DNA of 64,000 bases. It comes from Candidatus Zixiibacteriota bacterium. Lineage in GTDB: Bacteria > Zixibacteria > MSB-5A5 > WJJR01 > JAJRUJ01. Numbering within the stretch: position 1 is the stretch's first letter; each line of letters begins with the position of its first letter. The notes beneath the pieces are model-generated. The model was not told the origin of the DNA, searched no databases, and saw nothing but the letters and a program-made list of their open reading frames with translations. Positions 46,203-56,580 of this stretch are shown piece after piece. Made by a program: the position numbers and the translations under genes. Where the stretch lies: contig JAGVQM010000019.1 of NCBI GenBank assembly GCA_020051695.1, positions 15,221 through 79,220 of the forward strand, written 5' to 3'.

Positions 46203-48649
46203 TTACTCGATTTCCAGCCGCCAGGGCAGCACATACCAAATACGTTCGTCATTCAACGCCGATATTTCAGCAGCCACATCGTCCGCCCGATAACCGAACA
46301 GCCAACCCGGCAACCGGATCGGCGGGGCGGCAAACCACGGGGCACGGGGCAGGAGTCTGACTTCGTAGTTATTGCGGTCGATCCCCGCCAGTTGCGCCGC
46401 CGAGGCGATGGCCCGCTGCAGCCCACCGTATTCATCGATTAAGCCGAGGTCCTTGGCCGCTTTGCCGGTCCAGACCCGGCCCTGCGCCGCGTGCTCAGTC
46501 TCTTCGTGCTCCAGCCGGCGGCCCTTCGCCACCACCTCGATGAAATTATCATATAACAGATGGACCTGTTGGCGCAGTATCTCTCGTTCCTGCTCGGAAA
46601 ACGGCCTGCTCATGCTGTACATGTCGGCGTGCGCACCACGGGTGGAGGTTTCTTTGTCGATGCCGATTTTTTCGTACAACCCGGCCAGGTTGATTTTGCC
46701 GTAATACACGCCGATTGAACCGGTGATTGTCGCGGGCGAGGCAAAGACCGAATCAGCAGCGCAGCCGATATAGTAGCCGCCCGAGGCCGCGACATCGGCC
46801 ATCGAAACGACCAGCGGCTTTTTGTCCCGGGCCAACTCCAGTTCGCGTTTGATCAGGTCGGCGGAGATGCCCGACCCGCCGGGCGAATTGATGCGCAGGA
46901 CAATGGCCTTGACATCCCGGTCGTTGCGCGCCTCACGAAGGGCTGCAACCATGGTTTGTGCCCCCAGCACCTCGCCGGCCAACAGGTCATCACGGTCCGT
47001 ACCCGGCAGCATCGTGCCCTCGGCAACGATCACGGCGACTTTGGGGATCGGTCCCCAGGCCGTGCGGTGGTATGACCGGTCGGCCAGCGCAGCAAAATCG
47101 ACGCGCGCGGCCCCCCGGGAAATTTTATCCTCGATGATTTGGCCCAGCTCATCTTCGTAGGCAATCTGGTCGACCAGCCCGGCGCGCTCTGCGTCCACAC
47201 TCACCAGCGGACCGCCGTCGATCAATTCCCGCACACGGTCCGGGGACAAGTCGCGGTCGGCGGCAACGGTCGTGACCAATTCCATAAAGATGTCGTCCAG
47301 CAGCGCTTCCCGGGCTTCACGGGCCGGTTCGGACAACGAGGTGCGGGAATATGTCTCGACCGCGCTTTTATATTCGCCCACCCGTTCGTATTCGAACTCG
47401 ATGCCGAGCTTGTCCATCAAATCCGTATAGAACGTTGCCTCTGCGCGCAGACCATCGAGATTGACCGTCGACACCGGTGGGCAAACCAGCCAATCGGCCG
47501 CACACGCCAGGTAATACTCGCCGTCGGACGGCGACGAGGAAAAATACACGACGACCGGTTTGCCCTGGGACTGAATCTGCCGAATTGCCGTGCGCAGTTC
47601 ATCCAGCCGCGCCCAGCCAACGTGCAGGTCATCCAAACGCAACAGCAGGCCGCGAACGGCCGGGTCGGCCGCGACTTTATCTAAAACGGTGAGGATTTCG
47701 TAATGCGTCCGAGGCCGGGAAACAAAAAAAAACGGGGAGATTGTTTCTCGGCCGGCGCCCCGCTCAGCGAAATATCGGCCACTTCCCGGCGCAGGTGCAC
47801 TACCGAGCGGCGGCGCTCCTTGAACGATCCGGCAGCCAGCGTACCACGGAAAAACTTGCCGTCCCGGTCAAAGGCATTGTATGACGAGAGCATTAATTCG
47901 GCCAGGTTGAGTTGCACGCCCAGGCCGAATTTGTGGCTGCTCACGGATCCGCCATACAACGGTCGGCCTTTGTCGCCGTAATCGCCGCTGATGATCAGCC
48001 CGTCCACCAATTCCAGCCCGGCCGTAAGATGATAGGCGCCGTCGGCCAGCCGCTGCCCCGTGGACTGGTAATAATCGGCTCCGAGTACCAGCCGTTCATC
48101 AAACATGTTTACCGCCGCGGAATACGCATACACCCCGGCGGTACGCTCCCCGGCGTACGGCATATGGTTGGCGTTTTCCAAGCGTACGCCCAGCGAAAGG
48201 TGCTCACCGGGCCGCACCATCAGCGCGTAGGTCCAGAAATGCGCCTTGTCCTCGAGTACGTCATCGGAGGTGACCCAGCGATACGAGGCCCCCAGATAGA
48301 TCCGGTCCTTGATTTCGCCGCCCCAGCCCAGCGTGTGGTGCCGGGCATCGGGTTCGCCGCCCGAACCCAGCCATTCGACCCCGAAAGCAAATCCGCTGCG
48401 CCCGACATAGATCAGGTCGTTGCCGGCAAGGTCGGAATCCGAATACGTATGTGCCACATACGTCCGCCAGTCGTTATCGGCGGCCAGTGTGCCGGGGTTG
48501 TACCGGAGCGCCCATAGTCCGTCGGCGGCAGCTACACTTTGATAGGGCAGCAGCACCCTCCGGTCGGGATAGACCATCTCGGCCGAGACAGATACCACCG
48601 CAGTCACAAGAATTCCGATAAGTACTGCACAGGCGACAGCTTGTTTCAT
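46203..48649 (-). pseudogene. sppA: Signal peptide peptidase SppA (two-domain 67K type) with N-terminal beta-rich extension, frame broken at the A9/T9 run 47724-47732
   Basis: Downstream ORF (46203-47642) carries EYKSAVE (Lys domain) and VAASGGYYIGCAAD (Ser domain). Its frame stays open upstream, reading ...FFFVSRPRTHYEILTVLDKVAADPAVRGLLLRLDDL. The upstream ORF (47681-48649) ends ...VVHLRREVADISLSGAPAEKQSPRFFLF, which is SppA-like. One extra T in the run would fuse the two frames. Confidence 0.7.
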
Positions 48650-48669
48650 GATCGCACCCTCCCCGTCGA

Positions 48670-49779
48670 TCAGATGGAATCGCCCTCGTCTTTGGTCACC
48701 CGAGGATATGGTCCTCGCAGCATGATATCGCCGCGGTCGTCGATGGCGATGTCCAAAAGACCGCCTCCTTCACCGGCGACACCTTCCAGAGAGTACCGGT
48801 CGATCTGCGTAATCTTGAGCGGCAGTCCTCTGGTGCGGATCGATCCGCCGCCGGTCCTGCTGATCGATGATTGCACCACCGCGGAAAAACCTTCATGGGT
48901 CACTACGGTGACATCGGAGTTATCGGTACGAATCATCACATTGGCCCCCTGCCACCGGGCAATATCGAGATCCACCGGGGAATTGCGCGAGGTAATCCGT
49001 GAATTCCCGCCGGTCACTGTCCAATCGGAAATATTCACCGGCGCATCGTCGACCCGGATATCGACCGCTCCCTCAATTTTTGTAAAATCCAGTTGCCCTC
49101 GTTCCGACCGAACCTGCAATGGTTCGGAAAATCCGGTGAGATCTTTTAACGTCGTAACACCAAAATGGTTATTGATCTGTATCCGGCCCTGTGCGCCGGC
49201 CAGCGACAAGGCGCCGTACTCGGTCCGCAGGTCCGCCGCTTCGGTCACGCCCGTTACCTGGATGCCGCCGTACGTCCCGTGAATTTGTACTTCGCGGAGC
49301 GGCCCGGTAAGATCAAAGTCAAAAAATTCCGAATCACCACGGAAAATCCGTCCCGGCGGCAGCAATATCTCGAAAGCGACCGTCACGCCGATCTGACTGC
49401 CCTCCCACTCTGCGTCCCGGGGCGTGGTGATCCCGATGCGCAATACTTCCCGAACGACCTCAGTCTGCACCGTGATCGACTCCAGGATTCGCGCAGCGCG
49501 TTCGCCGCTGGAGAGATTGTAAAGATTTTTTTTGATTTCGATTTTGATGTCGTCGACATCGACATCGGTCCGCAGCCGTATCTCGCCGCGGATATTCTCG
49601 GGTGGTTTGAACTCGAGCATGGAAATATCGGCGGCGGGAATGCGGCGGATTTCGCTTGCGGCAAGGCCTTGCCGGCTTTCGGCGGTGTTGTCTTCGGCCT
49701 GCGCCAGGCCCGAAAGCATCACGACCAGACCGGCCAGCCGCAGTAGTCGAACAAGCTTAATCTCAAAGCGTTTTGTCAT
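48670..49779 (-). CDS. Secreted beta-strand-repeat protein (DUF4097 / putative adhesin-like)
   Basis: Signal peptide LAGLVVMLSGLAQA. Short repetitive strand-turn units (G.I.V...G.V.I) run through the C-terminal two thirds. Confidence 0.45.
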   Translation of the reverse strand: MTKRFEIKLVRLLRLAGLVVMLSGLAQAEDNTAESRQGLAASEIRRIPAADISMLEFKPPENIRGEIRLRTDVDVDDIKIEIKKNLYNLSSGERAARILESITVQTEVVREVLRIGITTPRDAEWEGSQIGVTVAFEILLPPGRIFRGDSEFFDFDLTGPLREVQIHGTYGGIQVTGVTEAADLRTEYGALSLAGAQGRIQINNHFGVTTLKDLTGFSEPLQVRSERGQLDFTKIEGAVDIRVDDAPVNISDWTVTGGNSRITSRNSPVDLDIARWQGANVMIRTDNSDVTVVTHEGFSAVVQSSISRTGGGSIRTRGLPLKITQIDRYSLEGVAGEGGGLLDIAIDDRGDIMLRGPYPRVTKDEGDSI

Positions 49780-49851
49780 GATCTGCCCCTTGCCGGACCC
49801 GGATAGAGATACGGACGGCCGTCGTCATTGTTGCATCGGTGTTCCGCCATA

Positions 49852-50742
49852 TCATTGCCTGCTATTCCTCCGTTCGGCCGCTTTCCCCGCCGTTTGCCGT
49901 ATGGTTGAGCGCCGTGTCGGACTTGTGGACGTCGCCTGCTGCTCTCCGAATAGCTGATACAACAAAATCCCGGCGGCTACGGCACTGTTGAGCGATTCGA
50001 CCGACGGCGCGGTCCGGATGTGCAATGATTGTGCGCCACACTCCCGCCAGACGTCTGACAGACCCTCGGTTTCCCCGCCGATGACCAGTGCGACCCGGGC
50101 TTGTTTCGCTACCGGGCCCGGCGCCGTGCCGGAATGCGCATCGGCCGTATAAATCATATACCGCTTTGCGCGCAGCAACCCGGCCAGTTCGGCGGTTTCG
50201 ACAACCTGGACAATCGGCAACTGGAAGAGCCCCCCCATGGAAGACCGGACCACCTTTGGGTTATACATGTCCACCGTGCCCCGGCTGAGGCAGACACCCT
50301 CCATGCCGAATGCCGCCGCCGAGCGGAGAATTGCCCCCAGGTTGCCGGGATCGCGAACATGGTCCACGACCAGCAAGCGTCGGCCGGAAAGCAGCGCGGG
50401 GGATGGGTCCTGCGGCCGTTGCCGGGCCACGGCAAGAATGCCGGGAGGTTCAACGGTATCGGTCATTTCCTGTATATCATGCGGGGCGGCCACATATATT
50501 GCGATTTCCGGGCGATGGTATTTGTCGAAAATTAAACTGAACCGCTGCCGTGTTTCCGGGTCATCCCGCAAAATAACCGCCTCCAGCACCCACTCGGCGG
50601 CCAATGCCGCATCAAGCAGCCGAAAACCCTCGAGGAGAAACAATCCGGATTTGGCGCGGTTGTGGGCGCTGCGCAGCCGGGCCGCCTGTCGCCTGATTGT
50701 CTTGACCAGCGGCCGCCATCGATCCTGATCGATGAACTTCAT
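49852..50742 (-). CDS. TrmH/SpoU family RNA 2'-O-methyltransferase
   Basis: LVVDHVRDPGNLGAILRSAAAFG, ALVIGGETEGLS and ESLNSAVAAGILLYQL SPOUT motifs, plus about 30 aa of basic C-terminal tail. Confidence 0.85.
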   Translation of the reverse strand: MKFIDQDRWRPLVKTIRRQAARLRSAHNRAKSGLFLLEGFRLLDAALAAEWVLEAVILRDDPETRQRFSLIFDKYHRPEIAIYVAAPHDIQEMTDTVEPPGILAVARQRPQDPSPALLSGRRLLVVDHVRDPGNLGAILRSAAAFGMEGVCLSRGTVDMYNPKVVRSSMGGLFQLPIVQVVETAELAGLLRAKRYMIYTADAHSGTAPGPVAKQARVALVIGGETEGLSDVWRECGAQSLHIRTAPSVESLNSAVAAGILLYQLFGEQQATSTSPTRRSTIRQTAGKAAERRNSRQ

Positions 50743-50834
50743 GCCTTAGCGTACGCCCCGACGGGCCATCGGGCAAGCATTTTCCTGTTGCGACGAAGAT
50801 ACGGGACAAATTTTTCCATTTTTTTGGTCGACGG

Positions 50835-53543
50835 ATGTTATGTTATACTGCAATGGTCAACATGTGCCAACGAATTAAATATCTCGGGCAGGCGGCTGTC
50901 GGCCGCCGGTTGCTGCTGATTATAGTTGTCTTGACCTGGCCGCCCGGAGTATCGGTCGCCGGCTGGCCCGGCGACAGCAGCATGGTTTTTGAAGCGCCGG
51001 GCATTTATGAGCGGCTGTATCGCAGCCATATCCAGTCGACAGACGGGGCGCCGACCCTGTCTTTGACCTTATCCGGAGGAGGCGCGAGAGGCCTGGCGCA
51101 AATCGGCGTGCTGCGTGCCATCGAAGAACGAGGGCTGGTCGTCACCGGCATTGCCGGGACGAGTCTCGGCGCCATCATCGGCGGGTTGTATGCAGCCGGT
51201 TATTCCGCGGAGGAGTTGGATTCACTCGTCCGCGTGGCCGATTGGAATTCTTTTTTTTCCGATACACCGCCGCGCACGCATTTGTTGCTGCCTCAGAAAG
51301 ATGCCCGCTCTCGCGCCTTTCTGACGCTCCATTTTCGCGGGCTTAAACCCAATTTGCCGACGGCCATGACCGGCGGCCAGCCGCTGCTGCAACTACTGAC
51401 GGAATTATGCCATGCGGCCGAATATCATGCGCGATCGGACTTCGATTCGCTGGCCATCCCCTTTCGCAGTGTCGCGACCGACCTGGTTTCCGGCCGGGCC
51501 ATAATCCTGCGGCACGGTGACCTGGCGCTGAGTTTGCGGGCCGCCTCGGCGTTCCCACTGGCCCTCTCTCCGGTGCATCTGGATTCGATGATGCTGGTCG
51601 ACGGTGGTTTGATCAGCCCCATTCCGGTATCATCCGCCCGCGAGTTCCCGGCCGACCTGGCGCTTGCGGTCAATACAACCTCAGAATTGGAATCGGCGGT
51701 CGCGCTGGAAAACATTTACAACGTGGCCAATCAATCGACCACCATCATGACCCGGCCGCAGTCCCAACAGGCGCTAACGCTGGCCGACGTGGTCATCGCG
51801 CCGCTGTTGCACGAGTACAACAACCTTGATTTTGACCGGGCCGATACGATCATTGCGCTGGGATACAGTGCAGCTTGCCGGGTTTTGGATTCACTACTGG
51901 CGTACTATCAACCACCGGCACAGGACTCGGCCGCCGGTGAACGCGATATCACCGTCGATTCTGTCGCCGTCTCCGGCTTGGATGAGACGGTCCTCGAACA
52001 CCGCGAAATTATTGCCTATCTGCGGTCGCCGTCCGGCGACAAATTATCGCTTGAACGTCTGGAACATAAACTGCATCAGGTAATCGACAACGGCCAGGTG
52101 CGCCGCATAACACTGCAGGTTTCCGCCGATCCCCGGCCGACCATTGGCGAGATAACCATCTCCCCCTATCCCCGGCTGCGCGAGGTGGTCTTCGACGGCA
52201 ACAGCGTGTTTCCCAATGCGGTGTTGGCCGCCGGCTTTTCCCCGCTGATCGGGCGTCTGGCCGACACACGACGGCTGGCCGAGGCACTTCGCAGTTGCCT
52301 GGAATTATATGAGGCGGAGGCCTACTCTCTGGTCGAAATCCGGGCTGCCGAACTCGACGATTCCACCGGGCGCCTGAGAGTGGTCATCGATGAAGGCCGG
52401 CTTTCCGGGCTGGAGGTTGCCGGCAATACCTCGGTTAAAGACTGGGTGATTACCCGCCATTTCCCGCTGCAGAAAGGCCGGTTGTTTAATTTTCGGGAAT
52501 TTTTTCACGGATTGGAAGATTTGCACGCCACCGGGTTATTCAACAATGTTGGGGGCCGGATCGCCCGGGGGGCCGACGGGCCCATCGTCAAACTCAACGT
52601 TCGCGAAAAAGACTACGATATTGTGCGCTTCGGATTACGGCACGATTTGGAATACCAGACCGACGTGTTCGCCGAGGTTGTCAACAGCAACCTTCTGGGG
52701 CTGGGGAATGAAATTTACATACACGCGGGGTATTGCCCGCGCCGGGAACGATACGCCGCCGGTGTGCACGCCGACCGGATGTTCCGCACCTACCTTAACG
52801 CCGCTGTCCAGGCCTATCGGGAGATCCATGAACGGTACCGCTACGTGGACTACCATCGCCGCGGCTTTTTCGAGACGGCCCGGACAGGGTTGATGCTGAC
52901 GGTGGGACATAACATCAAACGTTTTGCGGCATTCTCGGCCAATGTGCGGCTGGAGGATATTGTCCTCACCGAAGAGCCGCCGCTGCCGAATTCGCGCGCG
53001 CGTTTGCGGGCGATGGTATTCTCGGCGCAGTATGACGACCTTGACCGGTATCCTTTTTCCCGCCATGGCCGGAAGTTTGATTTGTCGGTGGAATTTGCCG
53101 ATGATTTTGTCGGCGGCAATGTGGTGTATCGGAAGGCTTGCGCCCAGTTGGAAAACTGGTTGTCGCCCATCGGCCGGTTCACGATCGGCCAGCGGATAAC
53201 TCTGGGGGTGGCCGACCGCGTTGTGCCGGATTACGAGCGTTTTGCGTTGGGGGGCCGCCAGTCGATGATGGGGTTGCACGACGATGAATTCCTCGGCGAT
53301 AAGCTCATCCTCGGCAACCTCGATTGCCGGGTGCGGTTCTTTTCCCGCAGTTATATGAATTTCCGTCTTGATGTAGGTGGGGTCTGGGAGGACGGGGACG
53401 ATGTCCGGCTGATTGACGATTTGCGAGTTGGCACCGGGGCCGGACCTTCATTTGATACTCCTTTGGGACCCTTGGAGTTGATGTGGGGGATTGCCGAGGA
53501 CGATCTCACGAATTTCTATTTTAACTGGGGTTATGACTTCTAA
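50835..53543 (+). CDS. Patatin-like phospholipase fused to a POTRA + Omp85-type beta-barrel (PlpD-like, type Vd secretion architecture)
   Basis: SGGGARG oxyanion motif, GTSLGA (GxSxG), and DGGLISPIP (catalytic Asp). The long C-terminal beta-rich region ends ...NFYFNWGYDF with a terminal Phe typical of outer-membrane barrels. The exact start is uncertain. Confidence 0.75.
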   Translation: MLCYTAMVNMCQRIKYLGQAAVGRRLLLIIVVLTWPPGVSVAGWPGDSSMVFEAPGIYERLYRSHIQSTDGAPTLSLTLSGGGARGLAQIGVLRAIEERGLVVTGIAGTSLGAIIGGLYAAGYSAEELDSLVRVADWNSFFSDTPPRTHLLLPQKDARSRAFLTLHFRGLKPNLPTAMTGGQPLLQLLTELCHAAEYHARSDFDSLAIPFRSVATDLVSGRAIILRHGDLALSLRAASAFPLALSPVHLDSMMLVDGGLISPIPVSSAREFPADLALAVNTTSELESAVALENIYNVANQSTTIMTRPQSQQALTLADVVIAPLLHEYNNLDFDRADTIIALGYSAACRVLDSLLAYYQPPAQDSAAGERDITVDSVAVSGLDETVLEHREIIAYLRSPSGDKLSLERLEHKLHQVIDNGQVRRITLQVSADPRPTIGEITISPYPRLREVVFDGNSVFPNAVLAAGFSPLIGRLADTRRLAEALRSCLELYEAEAYSLVEIRAAELDDSTGRLRVVIDEGRLSGLEVAGNTSVKDWVITRHFPLQKGRLFNFREFFHGLEDLHATGLFNNVGGRIARGADGPIVKLNVREKDYDIVRFGLRHDLEYQTDVFAEVVNSNLLGLGNEIYIHAGYCPRRERYAAGVHADRMFRTYLNAAVQAYREIHERYRYVDYHRRGFFETARTGLMLTVGHNIKRFAAFSANVRLEDIVLTEEPPLPNSRARLRAMVFSAQYDDLDRYPFSRHGRKFDLSVEFADDFVGGNVVYRKACAQLENWLSPIGRFTIGQRITLGVADRVVPDYERFALGGRQSMMGLHDDEFLGDKLILGNLDCRVRFFSRSYMNFRLDVGGVWEDGDDVRLIDDLRVGTGAGPSFDTPLGPLELMWGIAEDDLTNFYFNWGYDF

Positions 53544-53703
53544 GCCGGGCCGGCACCCGCCGATGGTATTGACACAGACGGCAGCCTGCAGGTAGATTGC
53601 CGGTCGGAACAGGCGGACGAATGCCCGCCGTGAAGAAAACAAAACGTTCTGCGGAACGTATCATATTGCGCCACAGGATGATGTTTTTTTCAGAGGAGGC
53701 CCG

Positions 53704-55527
53704 GTGAGCGATTTCAAGGCGGTTCAGCGTACACACACCTGCGGGGAATTACGAGCATCCGATGCCGGCAAAACCGTCCGGCTCAACGGCTGGCTGCACC
53801 GCTGGCGCGATCATGGCGGCCTGTTGTTCGTTGATGTACGTGATCGCTACGGCCTGACCCAGGTTGTTTTTCGGCCGGATATCCTGGACCGGGAAACCAT
53901 GAAACTGGCCGGGCATGTCCGGGCCGAAACGGTCATCGCGGTGGAGGGCGTCGTCGGTTTGCGGCCGGAGGGAATGATCAACACGGAAATGCCCACCGGT
54001 GAAATCGAGGTGGTCGCCGGCAAACTGGCGGTACTCAATGAGTCCAAGACACCGCCCTTCGAAATCGCAGAGGAGACCACCGCCGCTGAGGAGCTGCGCC
54101 TGAGATACCGCTACCTGGACCTGCGGCGGAATTTCCTGAAAGACAAACTCATTCTGCGGCACAAAGTCTGCCTGGCCATCCGCAATTACCTGAGCGCCCG
54201 GGATTTTCTGGAAATTGAAACACCGCTGCTGATGCGTTCCACACCGGAAGGCGCACGGGACTATATCGTTCCGTCCCGGACAGCCAGGGGAAAATTTTAT
54301 GCGCTGCCGCAGTCCCCGCAGTTATTGAAGCAAATGCTGATGATCTCCGGGTTCGATAAATATTTCCAGCTTGCGCGCTGTTTGCGCGACGAGGACCTGC
54401 GGGCCGATCGGCAGCCCGAACACACGCAGATCGATATGGAAATGAGTTTCGTGACCATGGACGATATCTTTGCGGTGATCGAGGGGCTGATGCAGCACCT
54501 GTTTAAGGAAATCCTCGGCATAGATCTGGTGATCCCGTTTCCCCGTCTGACTTACGCCGAGGCGATGTCGCGCTATGGAATCGACAAGCCGGACACACGC
54601 TACGGGCTGACCATCACCGACCTGTCGGACATCGTCGCCGGCTGCGGATTCAAAGTCTTTGCCGAGATTGTCGCCGCGGGCAAGACCGTCAAAGCCATTT
54701 GTGCTCCGGGGCAGGCCGGGCTGTCCCGCAAACAGGTCGGACAATGGGAGGAAACTGCCAAAAGCGCCGGGGCGAAGGGTCTGGCTTATATTTTGTATGG
54801 GGCGGATGGCCCTCGGTCGTCGATTGCAAAATTCCTCGGCCCAGAAATCATGCAGCAGATTGCCTCGGCGACTGCGGCAACGACCGGCGATGCCGTGTTT
54901 ATCGTCGCGGACGATAAGACCGTCTGCGAGGGAGTCCTGGGGCGGCTGCGCATCGAGATGGCCCGGGAATGGGGTCTGGCCGACCCCCGGCGGTTCGAGT
55001 TCCTCTGGGTCCACGCTTTCCCGCTATTCGAATATAATCCCGAGATCGGGCGTTTCGATGCGATGCATAATATCGTGACTTCTCCGTATGCCGAGGACCT
55101 GGCGCTGCTGGAGGAGGGCCGGTCGACACCGCTGGCGGCTGTCGACCCACATCACCCGTGGGCCCGCGTGCGCGCCAACCAGTATGATTTGGTGCTTAAC
55201 GGGACGGAGATCGCCTCGGGTGGCATCCGCAACCACCGGCGGGATATTCAACAACAGATCCTCAATATCCTTGGGATCGATGATGAACGCGCCGAGCGGA
55301 TGTTCGGCTTTCTGCTGGAGGCCCTGGAATACGGCGCGCCGCCGCATGGGGGGATCGCTCCGGGGCTGGACCGCCTCGTGGCGGTCATGACCGGTTCCGA
55401 TTCCATCCGCGATGTCATCGCCTTCCCCAAGACAACTGCCGCGCAATCGCTGATGGACGGCGCCCCGGCGGAAATCGACGACAAACAATTGCATGAATTG
55501 GGCCTGGCAATCGTCGATAAAAAATAA
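53704..55527 (+). CDS. aspS: Aspartate--tRNA ligase
   Basis: FYALPQSPQLLKQMLM, CLRDEDLRADRQPEHTQIDMEMSF and GGIAPGLDRLV class II motifs. GTG start preceded by GAGGAGG. Confidence 0.95.
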   Translation: MSDFKAVQRTHTCGELRASDAGKTVRLNGWLHRWRDHGGLLFVDVRDRYGLTQVVFRPDILDRETMKLAGHVRAETVIAVEGVVGLRPEGMINTEMPTGEIEVVAGKLAVLNESKTPPFEIAEETTAAEELRLRYRYLDLRRNFLKDKLILRHKVCLAIRNYLSARDFLEIETPLLMRSTPEGARDYIVPSRTARGKFYALPQSPQLLKQMLMISGFDKYFQLARCLRDEDLRADRQPEHTQIDMEMSFVTMDDIFAVIEGLMQHLFKEILGIDLVIPFPRLTYAEAMSRYGIDKPDTRYGLTITDLSDIVAGCGFKVFAEIVAAGKTVKAICAPGQAGLSRKQVGQWEETAKSAGAKGLAYILYGADGPRSSIAKFLGPEIMQQIASATAATTGDAVFIVADDKTVCEGVLGRLRIEMAREWGLADPRRFEFLWVHAFPLFEYNPEIGRFDAMHNIVTSPYAEDLALLEEGRSTPLAAVDPHHPWARVRANQYDLVLNGTEIASGGIRNHRRDIQQQILNILGIDDERAERMFGFLLEALEYGAPPHGGIAPGLDRLVAVMTGSDSIRDVIAFPKTTAAQSLMDGAPAEIDDKQLHELGLAIVDKK

Positions 55528-55540
55528 AAAGGACGAATTC

Positions 55541-56542
55541 GTGGACCAGAACCAACAAACCCCGGCTGCATCTACCGACGAGACCTCGCGCGCGTTTTCT
55601 ATTGCCGGCGTCGATCCGAGGATTCTCTCCGGGCCGAACGAGGCGTTTTACCCCCTGATTGAGACGCAGTTCAATGTCCGGCTGACCGCTCGGGGGGACG
55701 AGTTGCTGGTCTTCGGCCCCAAGCAGAATGTCGGCCGCGTCGGCGCGCTGTTTGCTGATTTAATCGAGCATATCAAACGCACCGGTGAGTTGTCTGAGCG
55801 CTACTTGTTCTACGCGATGACCATCGTCAATGAAGACGGCCGCGGACCATCCGAAAAACTGGAAGTCTCCACGTCCCTGGCCGGCATCGGCACGCGGCAG
55901 ATCAAGCCCAAGACGCTGGGGCAAAAGGCCTACCTGGAAGCCATCGAAAATTTCGACATTACCGTGGCCATCGGTCCGGCGGGCACGGGCAAGACATACC
56001 TGGCGGTGGCGATGGCCGTGGCCGAGTTGAAGCACAAGCTGGTCAACCGGCTGATCTTCGCCCGCCCCGCTGTCGAAGCGGGGGAGTCGCTGGGCTTTCT
56101 TCCCGGCGATATTCGGGCCAAAGTCGATCCCTATCTGCGGCCGATCTATGACGCCTTGCATGATATGGTGACCGCCGAACGCATCCGGAACCTGATCGAA
56201 GACCGCGTCATTGAAATCGTGCCGCTGGCGTTCATGCGGGGGCGGACATTGAACCGCGCCTTTATTATTCTGGACGAGGCACAAAACGCCACCGGCGCCC
56301 AGATGAAAATGTTTCTTACCCGTCTGGGAAATAACTCCAAGGCCGTGGTCACCGGAGACGTTACGCAGATCGACCTGGAGGATAAATCGCAGTCGGGGCT
56401 GGTGCTGGCCCCCGGTATCCTGCAAGGTATACCGGGCATCTCGTTTATCGAACTGACCGAACGGGATGTCGTGCGCCATAAACTCGTGGCCCGCATTATT
56501 CGGGCGTATGAGAATTGGGAAAATAAGAAAACCGGGAAGTAA
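55541..56542 (+). CDS. phoH: PhoH family ATPase (YbeZ-like)
   Basis: Walker A GPAGTGKTYLAVAMAV, Walker B-like FIILDEAQN, and TGDVTQIDL. Start placed at GTG 55541, after the aspS stop. Confidence 0.9.
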   Translation: MDQNQQTPAASTDETSRAFSIAGVDPRILSGPNEAFYPLIETQFNVRLTARGDELLVFGPKQNVGRVGALFADLIEHIKRTGELSERYLFYAMTIVNEDGRGPSEKLEVSTSLAGIGTRQIKPKTLGQKAYLEAIENFDITVAIGPAGTGKTYLAVAMAVAELKHKLVNRLIFARPAVEAGESLGFLPGDIRAKVDPYLRPIYDALHDMVTAERIRNLIEDRVIEIVPLAFMRGRTLNRAFIILDEAQNATGAQMKMFLTRLGNNSKAVVTGDVTQIDLEDKSQSGLVLAPGILQGIPGISFIELTERDVVRHKLVARIIRAYENWENKKTGK

Positions 56543-56580
56543 GCAGGTACACTACCGGCGGGCAGGTCGGGGTTTCGATA

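Noticed and set aside
51251-51258. T8 homopolymer inside the patatin-Omp85 gene, checked as a second possible frameshift site.
   Set aside because: The reading frame continues through it (WNSFFSDT) with family motifs on both sides, so there is no disruption.
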